Both the position numbers and the translations under genes were made by a program. Shown in pieces: positions 45,925-58,000 of a DNA stretch of 64,000 bases (the stretch's first letter is position 1; each line of letters opens with the position of its first letter). Origin of the DNA: Nitrospirota bacterium (GTDB taxonomy: Bacteria; Nitrospirota; UBA9217); the NCBI GenBank assembly GCA_035516175.1, contig DATJAO010000008.1, forward strand, positions 1,604 through 65,603. Reading direction: 5' to 3'. The notes beneath the pieces are model-generated. The model worked only from the letters and a program-made list of their open reading frames with translations. It was not told the origin of the DNA and ran no database searches.

Positions 45925-46635
45925 TCAGCCCTGAGACGTGATCCTGATGTTCATCGTCCGCGGCATGCCCTCGGGCGGCGGCTCGCTGATCCGGAGAGAA
46001 CGGAGAGAATCGATAATTGCCTCATCCATTCGGGTGTTTCCTGACGAACCGATGATCCGGTAATCAATGACCTTGCCTTCCATGTCAACGCTCACCCTGA
46101 CGACGGCCTGAAGCTTGCCCTTGGGGATCCCGCCTTCCTCATCCAGGTGCTTCATGACCTTCTTCCTGAGTTCCGTCGTCACGATCTGGGTATATCCGGT
46201 GAACTTTGACAGGAGAGAGAGACTCCCGGCCCCCGATCCACCGGCAAGAAGGCTTCTGCCCCCCTTCTTCCCGACAAGGCCGAAGTTATCGCTTCCTGCT
46301 CCGCCCTCGGCATCAACACCCAGACTGTCTCCCGCCGGCGTGTTGTCCGGGTTTTCGTTCTGGGGGGTCTGCGCCTCGTTCATTTCCGGATTGATGATTT
46401 CTTCTTTCTTCGGAATCTCTTTGACCTCCTCGGGTTCGGGAGGCTTTTCCTTGATCACCGGCGGCTTGAGCAGCGTGATAGTGGCTATCGTGTCCTTCTT
46501 TCGCGGTTCGCCCCCGGACATGAACGTTTTGACGATATACACGCCCGCGCCAACCAGAAGGACAAACACGGCGATGAGGATCCATGAAATCGATTGTTTT
46601 TCTTCATCGTCGGACATGTTTCGTATCCAAATCAC
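45925..46635 (-). CDS. tonB: TonB-family energy transducer
   Basis: N-terminal TM segment WILIAVFVLLVGAGVYIV, a Pro/Glu/Lys-rich spacer KPPVIKEKPPEPEEVKEIPKKEE, and a C-terminal TonB domain GKLQAVVRVSVDMEGKVIDYRIIGSSGNTRMDEAIIDSL. The start is uncertain (GTG 46635 or ATG 46617). Confidence 0.8.
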   Translation of the reverse strand: MIWIRNMSDDEEKQSISWILIAVFVLLVGAGVYIVKTFMSGGEPRKKDTIATITLLKPPVIKEKPPEPEEVKEIPKKEEIINPEMNEAQTPQNENPDNTPAGDSLGVDAEGGAGSDNFGLVGKKGGRSLLAGGSGAGSLSLLSKFTGYTQIVTTELRKKVMKHLDEEGGIPKGKLQAVVRVSVDMEGKVIDYRIIGSSGNTRMDEAIIDSLRSLRISEPPPEGMPRTMNIRITSQG

Positions 46636-46759
46636 AAACTACAAATTAGGAAAAAGGCAAGCACCAAACTGTAAATATCAAATAAATTCCAATAGACACA
46701 GGCCAGATTTTTGGTCGTTTGGTCATTAAAATTTAGAGCTTATTTGTGATTTGGTGCTT
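46629..46759. repeat. AT-rich spacer with crossing inverted repeats and TTTGGTS direct repeats between exbD and tonB
   Basis: AAATCACAAA (46629-46638) and AAGCACCAAA (46659-46668) are both complementary to the compact element TTTGTGATTTGGTGCTT (46743-46759). TTTGGTC-G-TTTGGTC lies at about 46710-46724. Confidence 0.5.
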
Positions 46760-46807
46760 ATTACTTGGAATTTCTTTGTTATTTGCCTGCTTATCTTATC
46801 TCCTGTT

Positions 46808-47224
46808 TCACTTCACCAGCTTCTGAGTCACCAGTCCGAGCTGAGTGATCTCAAGGCGTTGCAGGAGGTCCAGCACGTTGATGACGCTCTCGTAGGAGAT
46901 CTTCCTATCGCCCCGGATGACTACCGGAAAATTGGGGTCCGCGCCTTTGTACTGACGGAGCCTTATCTCCAGTTCTCCCAGGGTCACGGGAAAACTATCA
47001 AGATAGATCGTCCCGTCCCCGGTGATGGTGATTGCCCTGGTTGTGGATTTGACCTTGCTCGCGGCAGCGCTCGCTTTGGGAAGGTTGACACTGATCCCCT
47101 GCACGGACGCCGTCACGACGATCATGAACACCAGCAGGAGATTCCAGGCTAGGTCCAGCATGGGGACCACATTGATCTGGTCGTATATTTCATGGTCATC
47201 ATAGGGGTTTTTCCCGCGACGCAT
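46808..47224 (-). CDS. exbD: ExbD/TolR-family biopolymer transport protein
   Basis: INVVPMLDLAWNLLLVFMIV TM motif. The ATG at 47224 lies 1 nt after the upstream TAA (47226-47228). Confidence 0.85.
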   Translation of the reverse strand: MRRGKNPYDDHEIYDQINVVPMLDLAWNLLLVFMIVVTASVQGISVNLPKASAAASKVKSTTRAITITGDGTIYLDSFPVTLGELEIRLRQYKGADPNFPVVIRGDRKISYESVINVLDLLQRLEITQLGLVTQKLVK

Positions 47225-47225
47225 C

Positions 47226-49055
47226 TTATTTTTCCCCTTCCAGCTTGAGGATGAATCTCTCGATAAAGACATTCACATCGGCGTTCATGTCCTTGATACG
47301 GCTCGTGATGTAGCTGCTGGCAAACAATGAAGGGATCGCGACCAGGAGCCCAGCCAGCGTGCAGGAGAGGGCCGAGGCGACGCCCGGCGCTATGGCGGCC
47401 AGATTCGCTTCACCGCTCTCGGCCAGTCCGGCAAAAGTGTTCATGACGCCCCAGACCGTCCCGAGTAGCCCCAGGAACGGTCCGCCGGCGACGCTCATGT
47501 TCATAACGACCATGCCCGCGGACAGCTTTCTGCTTTCATACATGGCTTCTATTTCGACAGCCGCCTTGAAACCGTTCATGGCTTTCTCGGACAATCCTTT
47601 TCCTGCCTCGAAGGCTTCTCCCTTTTTACCGATATGAATCTTCAGTTCTTCGCATCCGGCCCGGTAGACCCGGTAGAGAGGCGATCCATGGAAGTCGTGC
47701 TCTTTTTCAACCAAGGAAAATGGATGCTCCTGATCGTGGAAGGACTGGGTAAAAGTCTGATTGACCTTTTTGGCACGGTTCAGCTTCGCGATCTTCTCCC
47801 GGAATATATACACTGACGAGAAGCCCATGATCACCAGCACCCCGATGATCAGCCAGCCATCGAGGGTAATGGTCCTTATGATGACCCTCATCAGATGGAT
47901 GGTGAGGGATTCGCCGCTACCGCTGCCCGATTCCTCCTCCAGATAGGACGTCAACATGCCGTCCTGTCCCTGGCTCTGGAATGCGGCCTTGATCCAGCCA
48001 GCGGTCCTGACGTTGTTCGACAACTGGATTTCATCAAGGTCTCCGATGAATGCATTGCCTCCTTTCGCCGCTCCGCCGATGACGATGTCCGCAGAGGGCG
48101 CCGGGATAGCCCTGTTCAATGTGCTCGTAGAGGCTTCCTGGCCGTCCAGATACAGGGTGACCCGTTTTTCCGGGTCCACTACCACGGCGAGCTGCTGCCA
48201 GCGATTCGGGGTCAAAGCCGCTGTTTTCGGCGTTTCTGTCACCGGTCCTTTACCGTACCCCAGGCTGCAGTATGCATTCCCGTCGTCGATGCCGATCACG
48301 ATTGACTGGATCCCGTCGTCCCAGGAGAACAGTTGAGCGCTGCCCGAGGGTTGGTTCAGACGGACCCAGGAGGAGAAGGTAAATCCCTTGGTAAAGTTGA
48401 CCGACGGCGATCTGGCGATTGTCATTTGTCCGCCGGTAGTTACGCTGAACTGCGCACCGCTCCCCAGAACGGATGGGATCCCCAGTTTGCCCGTAAAACC
48501 TGTTGCATGGTTGGCGTAAGCCGTCGCATCGCGCGGATTGCCATCCTTTTCCGCCAGGTGATACACGGCCACGTAGTTCAAATCGTATGTGCCGCCCGCG
48601 TCCTGGCCGTCCGGGGCGGCAGCATTGCCGTAATACATCCAGATCGAATCCTGGGCTGAGCCAGCGGAGATACGGGGGATCTTAACCCAGATCAGCGCCA
48701 TCTCTTCTGCGGGATCGAACTTTTCGATGTGATATTTCAGAGGAGTCTTGTCGTCGCTGGTCACAAACCGGATGTCCGATCCGTCCGCCTTGGCATTGGA
48801 GAAACTGAAATTTCCCGTATTGAGACGAATGGGCACCGGCACATCGTTCAGGCTCTCATTGATGTCGGCGGCCTTCGCTGAGGTATCGAACTGTATCTTC
48901 TTACGCTGCTGCCACTTCCCGTCCCACCAGGCATGTGCGTTCGTCGCAACCAGCAGACTGATCATGACCATCGCACCCCCGGCAAGGATCATTCTGGTGA
49001 TTGCATATCTCGATACAAATGTCGATCTCCTGTTCATAGACACGGTTGTTTTCAT
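47226..49055 (-). CDS. DUF2341 + LamG periplasmic domain fused to a MotA/TolQ/ExbB proton-channel domain
   Basis: Signal anchor, then a DUF2341-like segment WWDGKWQQRKKIQFDT...DVPVPIRL...GSDIRFVTSDDKTPLKYHIEKFD...ALIWVKIP...IWMYYGN. A LamG-like segment follows (FTFSSWVRL...LYLDG...FIGDLDEIQLS). The C-terminal channel is GGPFLGLLGTVWGVMNTFAGL...APGVASALSCTLAGLLVAIPSLF. Its ATG (49055-49053) overlaps the TpsA TGA (49054-49052). Confidence 0.85.
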   Translation of the reverse strand: MKTTVSMNRRSTFVSRYAITRMILAGGAMVMISLLVATNAHAWWDGKWQQRKKIQFDTSAKAADINESLNDVPVPIRLNTGNFSFSNAKADGSDIRFVTSDDKTPLKYHIEKFDPAEEMALIWVKIPRISAGSAQDSIWMYYGNAAAPDGQDAGGTYDLNYVAVYHLAEKDGNPRDATAYANHATGFTGKLGIPSVLGSGAQFSVTTGGQMTIARSPSVNFTKGFTFSSWVRLNQPSGSAQLFSWDDGIQSIVIGIDDGNAYCSLGYGKGPVTETPKTAALTPNRWQQLAVVVDPEKRVTLYLDGQEASTSTLNRAIPAPSADIVIGGAAKGGNAFIGDLDEIQLSNNVRTAGWIKAAFQSQGQDGMLTSYLEEESGSGSGESLTIHLMRVIIRTITLDGWLIIGVLVIMGFSSVYIFREKIAKLNRAKKVNQTFTQSFHDQEHPFSLVEKEHDFHGSPLYRVYRAGCEELKIHIGKKGEAFEAGKGLSEKAMNGFKAAVEIEAMYESRKLSAGMVVMNMSVAGGPFLGLLGTVWGVMNTFAGLAESGEANLAAIAPGVASALSCTLAGLLVAIPSLFASSYITSRIKDMNADVNVFIERFILKLEGEK

Positions 49056-52000
49056 TCCTCCTTCTTCTTGTCATCCTTATTGTTATCATCCTTATTGTTA
49101 TCATCCTCTTCAACAAAATCGATCACTTTTACTTCCAGCCACTTCGCGATGATGTCCTCGACCATCTGCGACGCCTGCACCTTTGCCGCGGTCAATCCGG
49201 ATGCATCCGCGGTCAGTTGGCTGGTCTGGGTTGCGCTTGTGGTGCCTGTGAGAGCCCCTAGCGAGGCGCTTCCCTCCGACGCCTGGGGCAAGCCAACGGA
49301 CCCCGCGGAAAAGTTTATGTTCGAGGCGTTGTTCACCTGAAGCGCAGCCAGGGTTATCTTTCCTCCCGCAATCCCCGCCTCGCCCGCATCGATGACCCCC
49401 GTGGGAGCAAAGAGATGGACGTTGCCCGGAATCGGTGCGTTCTCCCCGTAAGTCAATGCCCGGATGCCGCTGCCCACCGCGGGGGGAGTGAACACCTTCC
49501 TGTAAACGCCCGGCGCGCCCGGGACAGGGACGAGCTTCGGCGGAGAAGCACTGACTGCCGTTCTTGATCCTCTACCCGCGTTGATGCTTCCCTGGTCGCT
49601 CCAAACCGTTATGTCTCCGAAGGTAGCCTTGCCGCTTTGGATATCGTCGGCCGTAATACCGTTGTCGATCATGTCCTGCAGAGAAAAGAATGTCATAACA
49701 CGCGATTCCTGAACGTTGACGTCCTTGACCGTAAAAATATTGATCGCGCCGCCATTTGCGGTCGTAATGCCGCTCGTAGTATTTACTGCGGTTGCACTAG
49801 GCAGAGCGGTCTTGCCGAGGTTCAAGTCGCCATTGGCGATGATGGAAATGTCGGACGCCGCGTTTGAGGTGGATATCTGCGATGAGGTCATGTTGATGTC
49901 GCCGGGGCCGGACGGCTTTCCCAGGAGCGGTTCGATCGTATCCTGCCGGGTCGTTTGCAGCAACTGGTCTGCCTCATCCCGGCTGCCTTGCGCCATGAGT
50001 TTGGCGTATTGGTCGCCGGCATCTCGAATCGTCTTGAAGAAGGCCTCTATATCCGCCGACGACTGATCGAACCCGTATCCCGACAAAACAACAAGGCTGC
50101 TCCTGCCCGTAGCCCCTGTCGCCAATGCGGGATTATTACCATTACCGATCTCCTGAATTCCTCCTGAGAGCGAACCCAGATCTATGCTGCCGCCTGCCTG
50201 GATAAGGAAAGTGCCCGGCCCGCCCTGGATCAGACCGCCTTGTGCCGCTGAATCGGACGCCTTGACGTATTGCATAGAAATATCCCGTCCCGCCTGGATC
50301 ATGGAGATATCATCTGGGGCGATGTTCTGCCCCTCGTAGGTAATATTCGTGATGTCCCGGCCTGCCGTTACTTCGGCTTTCTTCGGCAACATGAGATTCA
50401 GCCCCGTGATATCCCTGTCCGCATGTATCTCTATGGCTGTTGGGTCACCCGTATGCAGCGGCCCGTCCTCGGGAACCGACATGGATTGGTCTATTGGATT
50501 GTAGATGCCGTGTCTGTTGACGACAGTACGTGATGCAATCCAACCACCTTTCTGGTCAGTGTCCCCGTAGACATAGAACAGTCCGTACCAGTTATTGGGC
50601 GCCATGTCCGATACGAGTATCCGCGCGGAGCGCTGGCCTCCACTGCCATTGTTAACCTGTCCTATCACATCGCCCCCGGCGTGCAGGATGAGGTTCCCAT
50701 CGGAAGCCGAGGCGAGCGTAAAATCATTCAGGAGCAAAATGTCTCCCCCTGCAACAACATTCACATTCGCAGGCAGGACACGCTCGTAAATCTGGGACGC
50801 AACCGGGTTCGCATAAAAGGGCGATCTGCCGGCAAGCGTTATATCAGTTCCCGCCTTCAGGCTTATTGTCGTCTCAGGTGTGTAGGATAAATACACAAAG
50901 TTCGATGCCCTGTACTGATCGATTTCATCGCTTGCCAGAGAGGGGTTCAGTATTGCGCCGATCTGCATCTCTCCCTGGGCGGTCACATTCATCTTGCTGT
51001 TAAAAAGCTCAATCTGCGCCCGGTCATTTTCTAAAGAGGCGGGATTATAAGCCCCAAAGTTTCCCTGAGCATGGATTTCCGCCCGCCCGGCCTCGTCAGT
51101 TGACCCATGATTCAGGAACCTGCCATTGATATCCCCGCCGGAATAGATCGTAAGGTCTCCTGCGCCAAATGTCCCTGCCTGGGCAAGGAAGTCGCCTCCG
51201 GTGCGGACGGAAAGGTTTCCACCGCCCATGGTTGACAGGCCGGCAGTACCATACAAGTAGTCAGCTGAAAAAAGCCCGTACGTGGAGGGATGTGAATTAA
51301 TAGTGACATCTATCGGTGAAAAATAATCCCAGGCACCGCCGTCTGCGGTAACCCACATCCCGGAGCTGTTCAGCTTGCCCGCGTTTCCGCCCACGCTCAG
51401 CGTGACATTTCCGCCGTTGTCGTACCTCCAGTAATAGGTACCATTGAGATCTGATTGTTGTATTGCGGTTTTGTTGAAAGGCTGTCCCGTTGCCGGGTCT
51501 ATTGGCGTCGGATCCAGAGGACTCGTTCCCACGGCATCTGTGGATGTGAGCTGTCCTGTAGTGCGGATTGCGCCGGCACCGGGATTGTTGTAGTCACCTC
51601 CGGCAAGGAGGTTCAGGTTCCGGCCCACGCTTATGTCGATGTCGCCCGTAGCTGTTTGAATAGCGCCGGCCACGCTGAGGTCACGCCCCACGTTTCCCCG
51701 AATCGACCCGCTGAAGGACGCCAGATTATAGTACATCGCGGGACTTATCATATAGTTGGGGTAAACGTAAGCAATCTGCGGTCCCGTTCCTATAAACGTA
51801 TCTCCACCTGAGGCAAAAAGAATAGGAGCGCTCTCGGTGTAAACCACTGTGTTATTAGCGATCGTCAGAGCCCCGGTGCCCATACTGTTCACTGCCAGGG
51901 GATCGGCGCTCGAGGTGTCAGCTCCCGCTGCCAGGTTGAAGCCCCAGGAATTTCGTCCCGAAGGCAGAGAGGTGACGGGGTTGTTCCCGGATGCCGCATA

Positions 52001-55000
52001 CGCGGGATAGTCCGTTAGATTGTTGTTGATGTTGAGGTTTCCCTTCGCGCGGAGGGACAGTACTCCGGGATTCGTGTCAGCGCCCAAGAGGGACATCTCT
52101 ATGGGTGCATCGATCGTTATATCGCCGCCGGAATTGACCACTTCGATCCCGGGGAGAAGATGGAACGATGAAGAACCTGCGGGCGCGGCCCCCTGGAGCC
52201 GGCCCACGGCGGTGTTCGCCGCGTCATAGGACGCGGCTTCGTTGAGCCAGGTTTGGAATTGTGTGCTTGTTAAAAGGGAGGGGACCGAGTAATCGTACCT
52301 CTTTACGGCCTCGGCATAGACCGATGCTGCTCCCTGCAGGGTCCCTCCCAGGTTTATCTTCACATCGGTGACGTTACGCTGCGCCCTAAGATAGATCGTG
52401 CCGCCCGTACCTCCTGCGCCCCCGGACACGTCGATCGTCCCATTGACATTGATCCACCCTTGCAAGGGATCAGTGCCAGCGTAAGCGGTGCTGAGAAGAA
52501 CGCTACCGCCGGAAGAGCCTGCCGCGGCATTGGTGGCATTGACGCTGCCGCCGGACTGGATGGTCAGGTTGTTCGCGGCGTACAGTTCGACACTGCCGCC
52601 ATCCGTCGCGATGATTTGTCCAGCGATATTAATCTGTCCATTGGATGTGGATGTGTCGTCTACCGTCAATTTGATATGACGAGCCTGCAGGATCTGTCCT
52701 GAGGCGATATCGATGTTCCCGGTCCTTGCCCATAGATCGAGGCTCTCGGTGAAACCACCCGAGGCGAGGCGGCTGTTCAGCCCTGCGAGATCGTTGATCT
52801 GGTCCGTGTGGAGAATGAAAGATCCGCCTTGCCCTATTCGGACGATATCCCCCTGGCTGTCAACCGTATTTTTTGCCGTACCCTTAAGATCACCGTTGAT
52901 CAAGACGCCTCCCAGGGGCGCCTGGAGGCTGATTGTTCCTGCGTCGCCCTGGGAATCTGCCGATACATCGATCAATGACGCCGGCTTCACGGTAGCGCCG
53001 TTGGCATCGACAGCTGCGCCTTCCATGACAATGCCGCCGTTAATGGAGTTCAGGAACACCTGTCCTCCCGGAGCGTCAGCGGTGCCCTGTGCGAGGATTT
53101 GGCTGCCGCTACGCAGCGTGACGCCGTCCGCCTGTCCGGGACCTGTTGCCGAAAGCCTGACAGTACCGCCGTCCACCCGGATCACACCGCCCTGATCAAT
53201 CGATCTTCCCTGGAACTCCAGCGTGCCTCCGGGTGATGAAGTCGTGCCTGGTGTCCCGCCGCTGTTGGTTATGGTGATGGACCCCGTGGGGCTCGGATTG
53301 TTCTGGTCGTTGAGGTAATTGGCGCCCGTATAGACCGTAAACTGCGTGGCGGTAACTGCTGTTGTGGTCGTACCGTTTGAATTATTGGCTGTCTTGGTCG
53401 TACTGGCAGTCGTGATGCGGGCGGCGCCGATAAGCAGGTCCGCGTTTCCGGTGGTCAGGCTGCCCATTCCTATGAAGGTGAGATCGTTCTTGCTGTTAAG
53501 ACCAATGGTGGAAAAACCTCCAAAGAGGACATCTCCGGTGCCGATGTTGATCTGATCGGCGTTCACCGTAAAGGCTCCTGCATTCGCTGTGGTGACGGCG
53601 GCTGAGGAAGTTCCCGTATTGGTAAGATTGACGGTCGGGGCAGTCAGGGTCACCGAGGCGCCGCCACTGTTGACGCCAGTTATCTGTGCCGCATTAAGCG
53701 TCAGGCTCTTGCCGGCGGAAAGAGCAGAGCCGCCCGTAAAATCGGTCCTGAACTGAATATCATTCTTACTGATGAGGCTGATGTCACTGAAAGTCGAGAA
53801 CCGGTTCCACAGCGTTCCTGTCAGGTACAGGCCCACGTCGGTCGGCGCCTTCCCGTTGTCTCCGCCGAAGAATATAACCGTGCTTTTCAGCGTCAGGCTG
53901 CCACTGTCGGACTTGAGCTCGCCCGAAATGTCCTTTACGTCATTCACATCCAAGGTGATGCTTTGGGAGGCGTACACGGAAGCACCGGAAGCGATCGCGA
54001 GCTCGCCGGGAGTGGAAAGAGAGATCCGGTCAGTTCCGCTCATTCCCGTGGTGGTCTGGACAACGCCAAGCTTTGCACCGGACTCAACGGTCACCGCCTG
54101 GTTCGCGCTCAGGGTAAGAACATCAGCATCCAGCGCTGCGCCTGACCTGACAGTCACGCTGTTCGTATTGCCGTTCCCCAGGTCGACCTCGCTGAAGCCC
54201 TTGCCTGACAGGCTGTCGGCTGATACGTTCATGGTCCCCTGCGTGATGCCGGCAGCTGCAAGGGGCGTCCCGAACTGAAAGTCGGCCGGCAAAGGCGATG
54301 CGGCAGACGACTGCACGAAAACGTCCGTTGCGGCGAGGCTGATCTTGCCGCCCTGATAACCGCTCAGCGCCGCGGCGTTGAGTTTGCCGTCGAGAACCGT
54401 TGTATTTCCTGCGATTATTATGTCGCCCGCATTGCCGGATACAAATGAGTCCGGCTTCACATAGCTCCCCTCCGTCGCAATGACCTCGGCCGCGGTCCGA
54501 ACGCTGTACACCTGCGGCCGTGTGCTCTTTATCGATGTATCCGCGATAGCCGTGAATCCGACAGTAAGGGGGTACCCGTCTATTGACAGCGCTCCTGGCC
54601 CCGGGAGGGAAGTGGTCGACTGCGCCTCGATAATGTACGCCCCAGGCATGAACGCGAACCGTGCATTCTGGGGATCCTTTGCATCCAGAGGGAGCAGGGT
54701 ATACAATCCTGCGCTGAGGCCTCCCCCGCCTTGGAGATATACCGTGGTACCCGGCATCGGAAAGGAATCCGCTTTAAACACGATATAGCGTCCAGATTTC
54801 GTGAGCGGATCAACGGAACCTTGCACTCCTGGCTGGAACGTGTACGCAAATACCGAACCGCCCCCGGAAACATCGATCACGGACCCCTCCCGGGCAATGA
54901 CTTCGTCGGCATTCATGGTGATGCTTTTCTGGGGAAGACTGTCTTGCGTGAATAACGATGCTGAGCCGGACTGAACGTTCGGGTTGGCCTTATCCTGAAC

Positions 55001-58000
55001 GAGCCAAAGGTTGTTCGAATCGATCGCGCCGTAATTTACATCAAAATCCGGGCTCCCTGCAGTCGTCAAAACACTGCCGTCGTCAAGATAGATTCGTTTT
55101 CCCGGCGCGCTAAGCGTGATGGTCCCCATCGGCGCCGCAACTGTCACGTCTTTTTTCAACTCGATCCCGCCGAGGCCCTCGATAGTCAGGTTACCGCCCG
55201 CTGAATAGATGGGTGTGTCAACGGCGTTGTCTGTGTTCCCGACGGTGTGCTGCAGAGTTACTTTTCCATTGGCATGCACGGTGTAGTCAGAGTATATACT
55301 GGGATAGATATTGTTCCCGTATGACCTGGTTGTATTTGAATAGAAGGCACCCGGATATAGGCGTGCCGCATCAAGTACGAGGTTGCCCGTTGTTCGGAGT
55401 GTACCGGGATAGACCGCCGTTGCCTTGGAACAATCGCCACCCACGCAATTATTGTCATACAAAACCTGGCTCAGCCGGATGTCCCGGTCGGTCTGCAGGG
55501 TTACATCCCGGAATCCATCGAGTTGAATGTCGCCGATGACATCGATAAAGCCGCTGTGCAGTGCGCCCGAAGGATCGGTCCATCCTCCGGCCAGAGTAAG
55601 GCTGCCGGCCGCCGGCATTACCGGCTGCGTCTCTACAGGGGGAGACATTTTCGAACTGTTCGTCAAGACGATCCAGGGTGAGCTGAGCGTGACCGTGTTT
55701 CCGGCGCCGATGATATTCGGCGCATCAAGTGTCAGCTTCCTGGGGATAACGTAACTTATGCCGCCGCCGTCGAAATTAAGAGTGGCATTGCTCCTGAACG
55801 TCAGATCGTCGAAGCCTGTGGAAAGAAAATAGCCGATATAGTCGCTGATGGACATCTCGTTGGCCTTGGCAATACTGGACGGGTCCGGGTACGTATAGGT
55901 CATTGCGAGCGTGCCCCCGCTGATGCCGCTCAGACCATTCAGTTGCGCTCTATTTGCGACGATGGCGCCTTTCAAATCCGGAACCCCCCCGTAGGTCAAG
56001 GAGACACTCCCGGGACTGCCCGCTGTTTCATATGTGCTGATTTTTCCGTCTGAAAGGACCGAATTCTGGACCATATCTGAACCCGAAACATCTATCAGTG
56101 CCGTGGCAGCGATGGTCAAATTTCCGGTATTAACGGCATTCAATATCGGAGTGGCGATGAGGGACACGGTACCGCCATTAATGGGTTGATAGTTAATCGG
56201 GTTACCATTCGGTGTCGATGACGGATTGGGCCGGTTGTACCCATTTGCCAGAATGCTGGCGCTGTCCCCGATCAGAAGATTGCCGCCCGTTGCCGTTATA
56301 GTAATATTCCCGGCCCGCGAATCCAGTTCCCCGTACACGGTCACGTTCGGCCCAGACAGGGATATGGAGCTGGAACTACCGGTTGTTCCGGGCGTGGTTT
56401 GGACAACAGCTCCGTCGGAGACAGAAAGTTTCGGTGCATTGGGATCTGAAATAGAACGCAGGTTATTGGTAAAAAGTCCGCTGCTGCCGCCAAATGGAAC
56501 CCCGGCGCTTGCGACAAATTTTGACGGACCGGCCATATATAATTGGGCATCGTCAAGCTGGATCAGGTCCGGTTTTCCCGGCACACTATCCCCGGTCAGA
56601 ACCTGTCCATCTATTGTCGCGCGGGTTCCGGATCCGGAATTCAGCGGGTTATTCAGCCTGTACGGCGATGGGCCGAATTTTGAGTCCTTATCGATTATGA
56701 CATCGTTAACGCTGTTGAGCGTGATGCTGGTGAAACCTGTGCTCTTTAATAGATCATCGGGAAGATACAACACGCCTTTCATGTCAGCCGGGGGTTGTGA
56801 TCGGGACGGATCGGCGGACAGCGGATCAAAGTCGTTCCAGGTGTAGTTCCCGGGAATCGAGGATGCAGGAGCCACGGTAATGTTCGGCGCTGCCAGCTGT
56901 ATTTGGCCACCACTGAGATTTCCGTTCGGATCGGCGAGCGCATAGCCTCTGATATCTCCATCCAGCTGGATATTCGCGCCTTGAATGCTCAACGACCCTG
57001 CATTCCCTCCGGTGATATTGCCCTTTTGGTTGATGGTGTAACCGCCGCTCACATCCACAATTGCGCCCGTTTGGATGAAGACGCCGGCCCCCTGATCCGT
57101 ATTATCCTTGATCACGATAGTCCCGCCGTTCACGCGGCCGGAACCAAGAACGTCATTTCCATTTGTACCGGTCTGGCTGTTATCGATCCGCTCCCCTGAT
57201 GTGTCAAGAACGCTTTTTTTCCCGAGGATAATCCTCTCGCTAAGACCGTTGGGGAGTGATACAGGGTTAGGATTGAGATTGCCGGAGCTATCACGCTCAC
57301 CCGTGGAATTCTGAACGGCGAACAAGGTAATGGTTCCTCCCGGTACAGTGATATCGCCTTCGTGATCGATTAATCGGGTACTTGCTGTGAACGACCCGCC
57401 CGGCTGAAGCGTAAGGGCTGCATCAACAGCCGTCGAAATGGTCAGGTCTGCGGTGAGATTCACCGCGCCCAGGTGCGCATCGTTCAGGATCTTGGCTGAT
57501 ACCAGCGTGGTTTGCCCGGCTGGCAACGGAATTCCCGTCGCATGGTCCGTTTGAGTATCTGTTTCAGAAACTACCGCGATATTCGATGTCCCCATTATCG
57601 ATAGCGATCCTGCTTGCGGCATTTCGAGGCCACGCGTTTTGGAAAGCATCAGGGCTTCATTATAATCATTGGCCGTAGAATAATTACTTTGCATGGTCAA
57701 GGCATTTTGGTACGTGCCGCGTGTCACACTGCCGTTCAGCTGCCCGTTCAGAACGATCATGGGCGCTTTGAGAGAAAGCGAGCCTGCGTCGCCGCCTGTG
57801 GTATAGCCGTTAACATACGTCATAACCGGCGACGCCCCGCCATAGTAAAGACCTGTGTAGGACTCCTGGATGCCGAAGCGATTGTAGATCTTTTCGTAGT
57901 TACCCAGGATCGCGTTGTATTGGATATCCTCAGGAGCATTGCTGATGTCATAGATTTTCGTGCCTGACAGCAATTTCGTTGTGTTTACCAGGCCGGCCTG

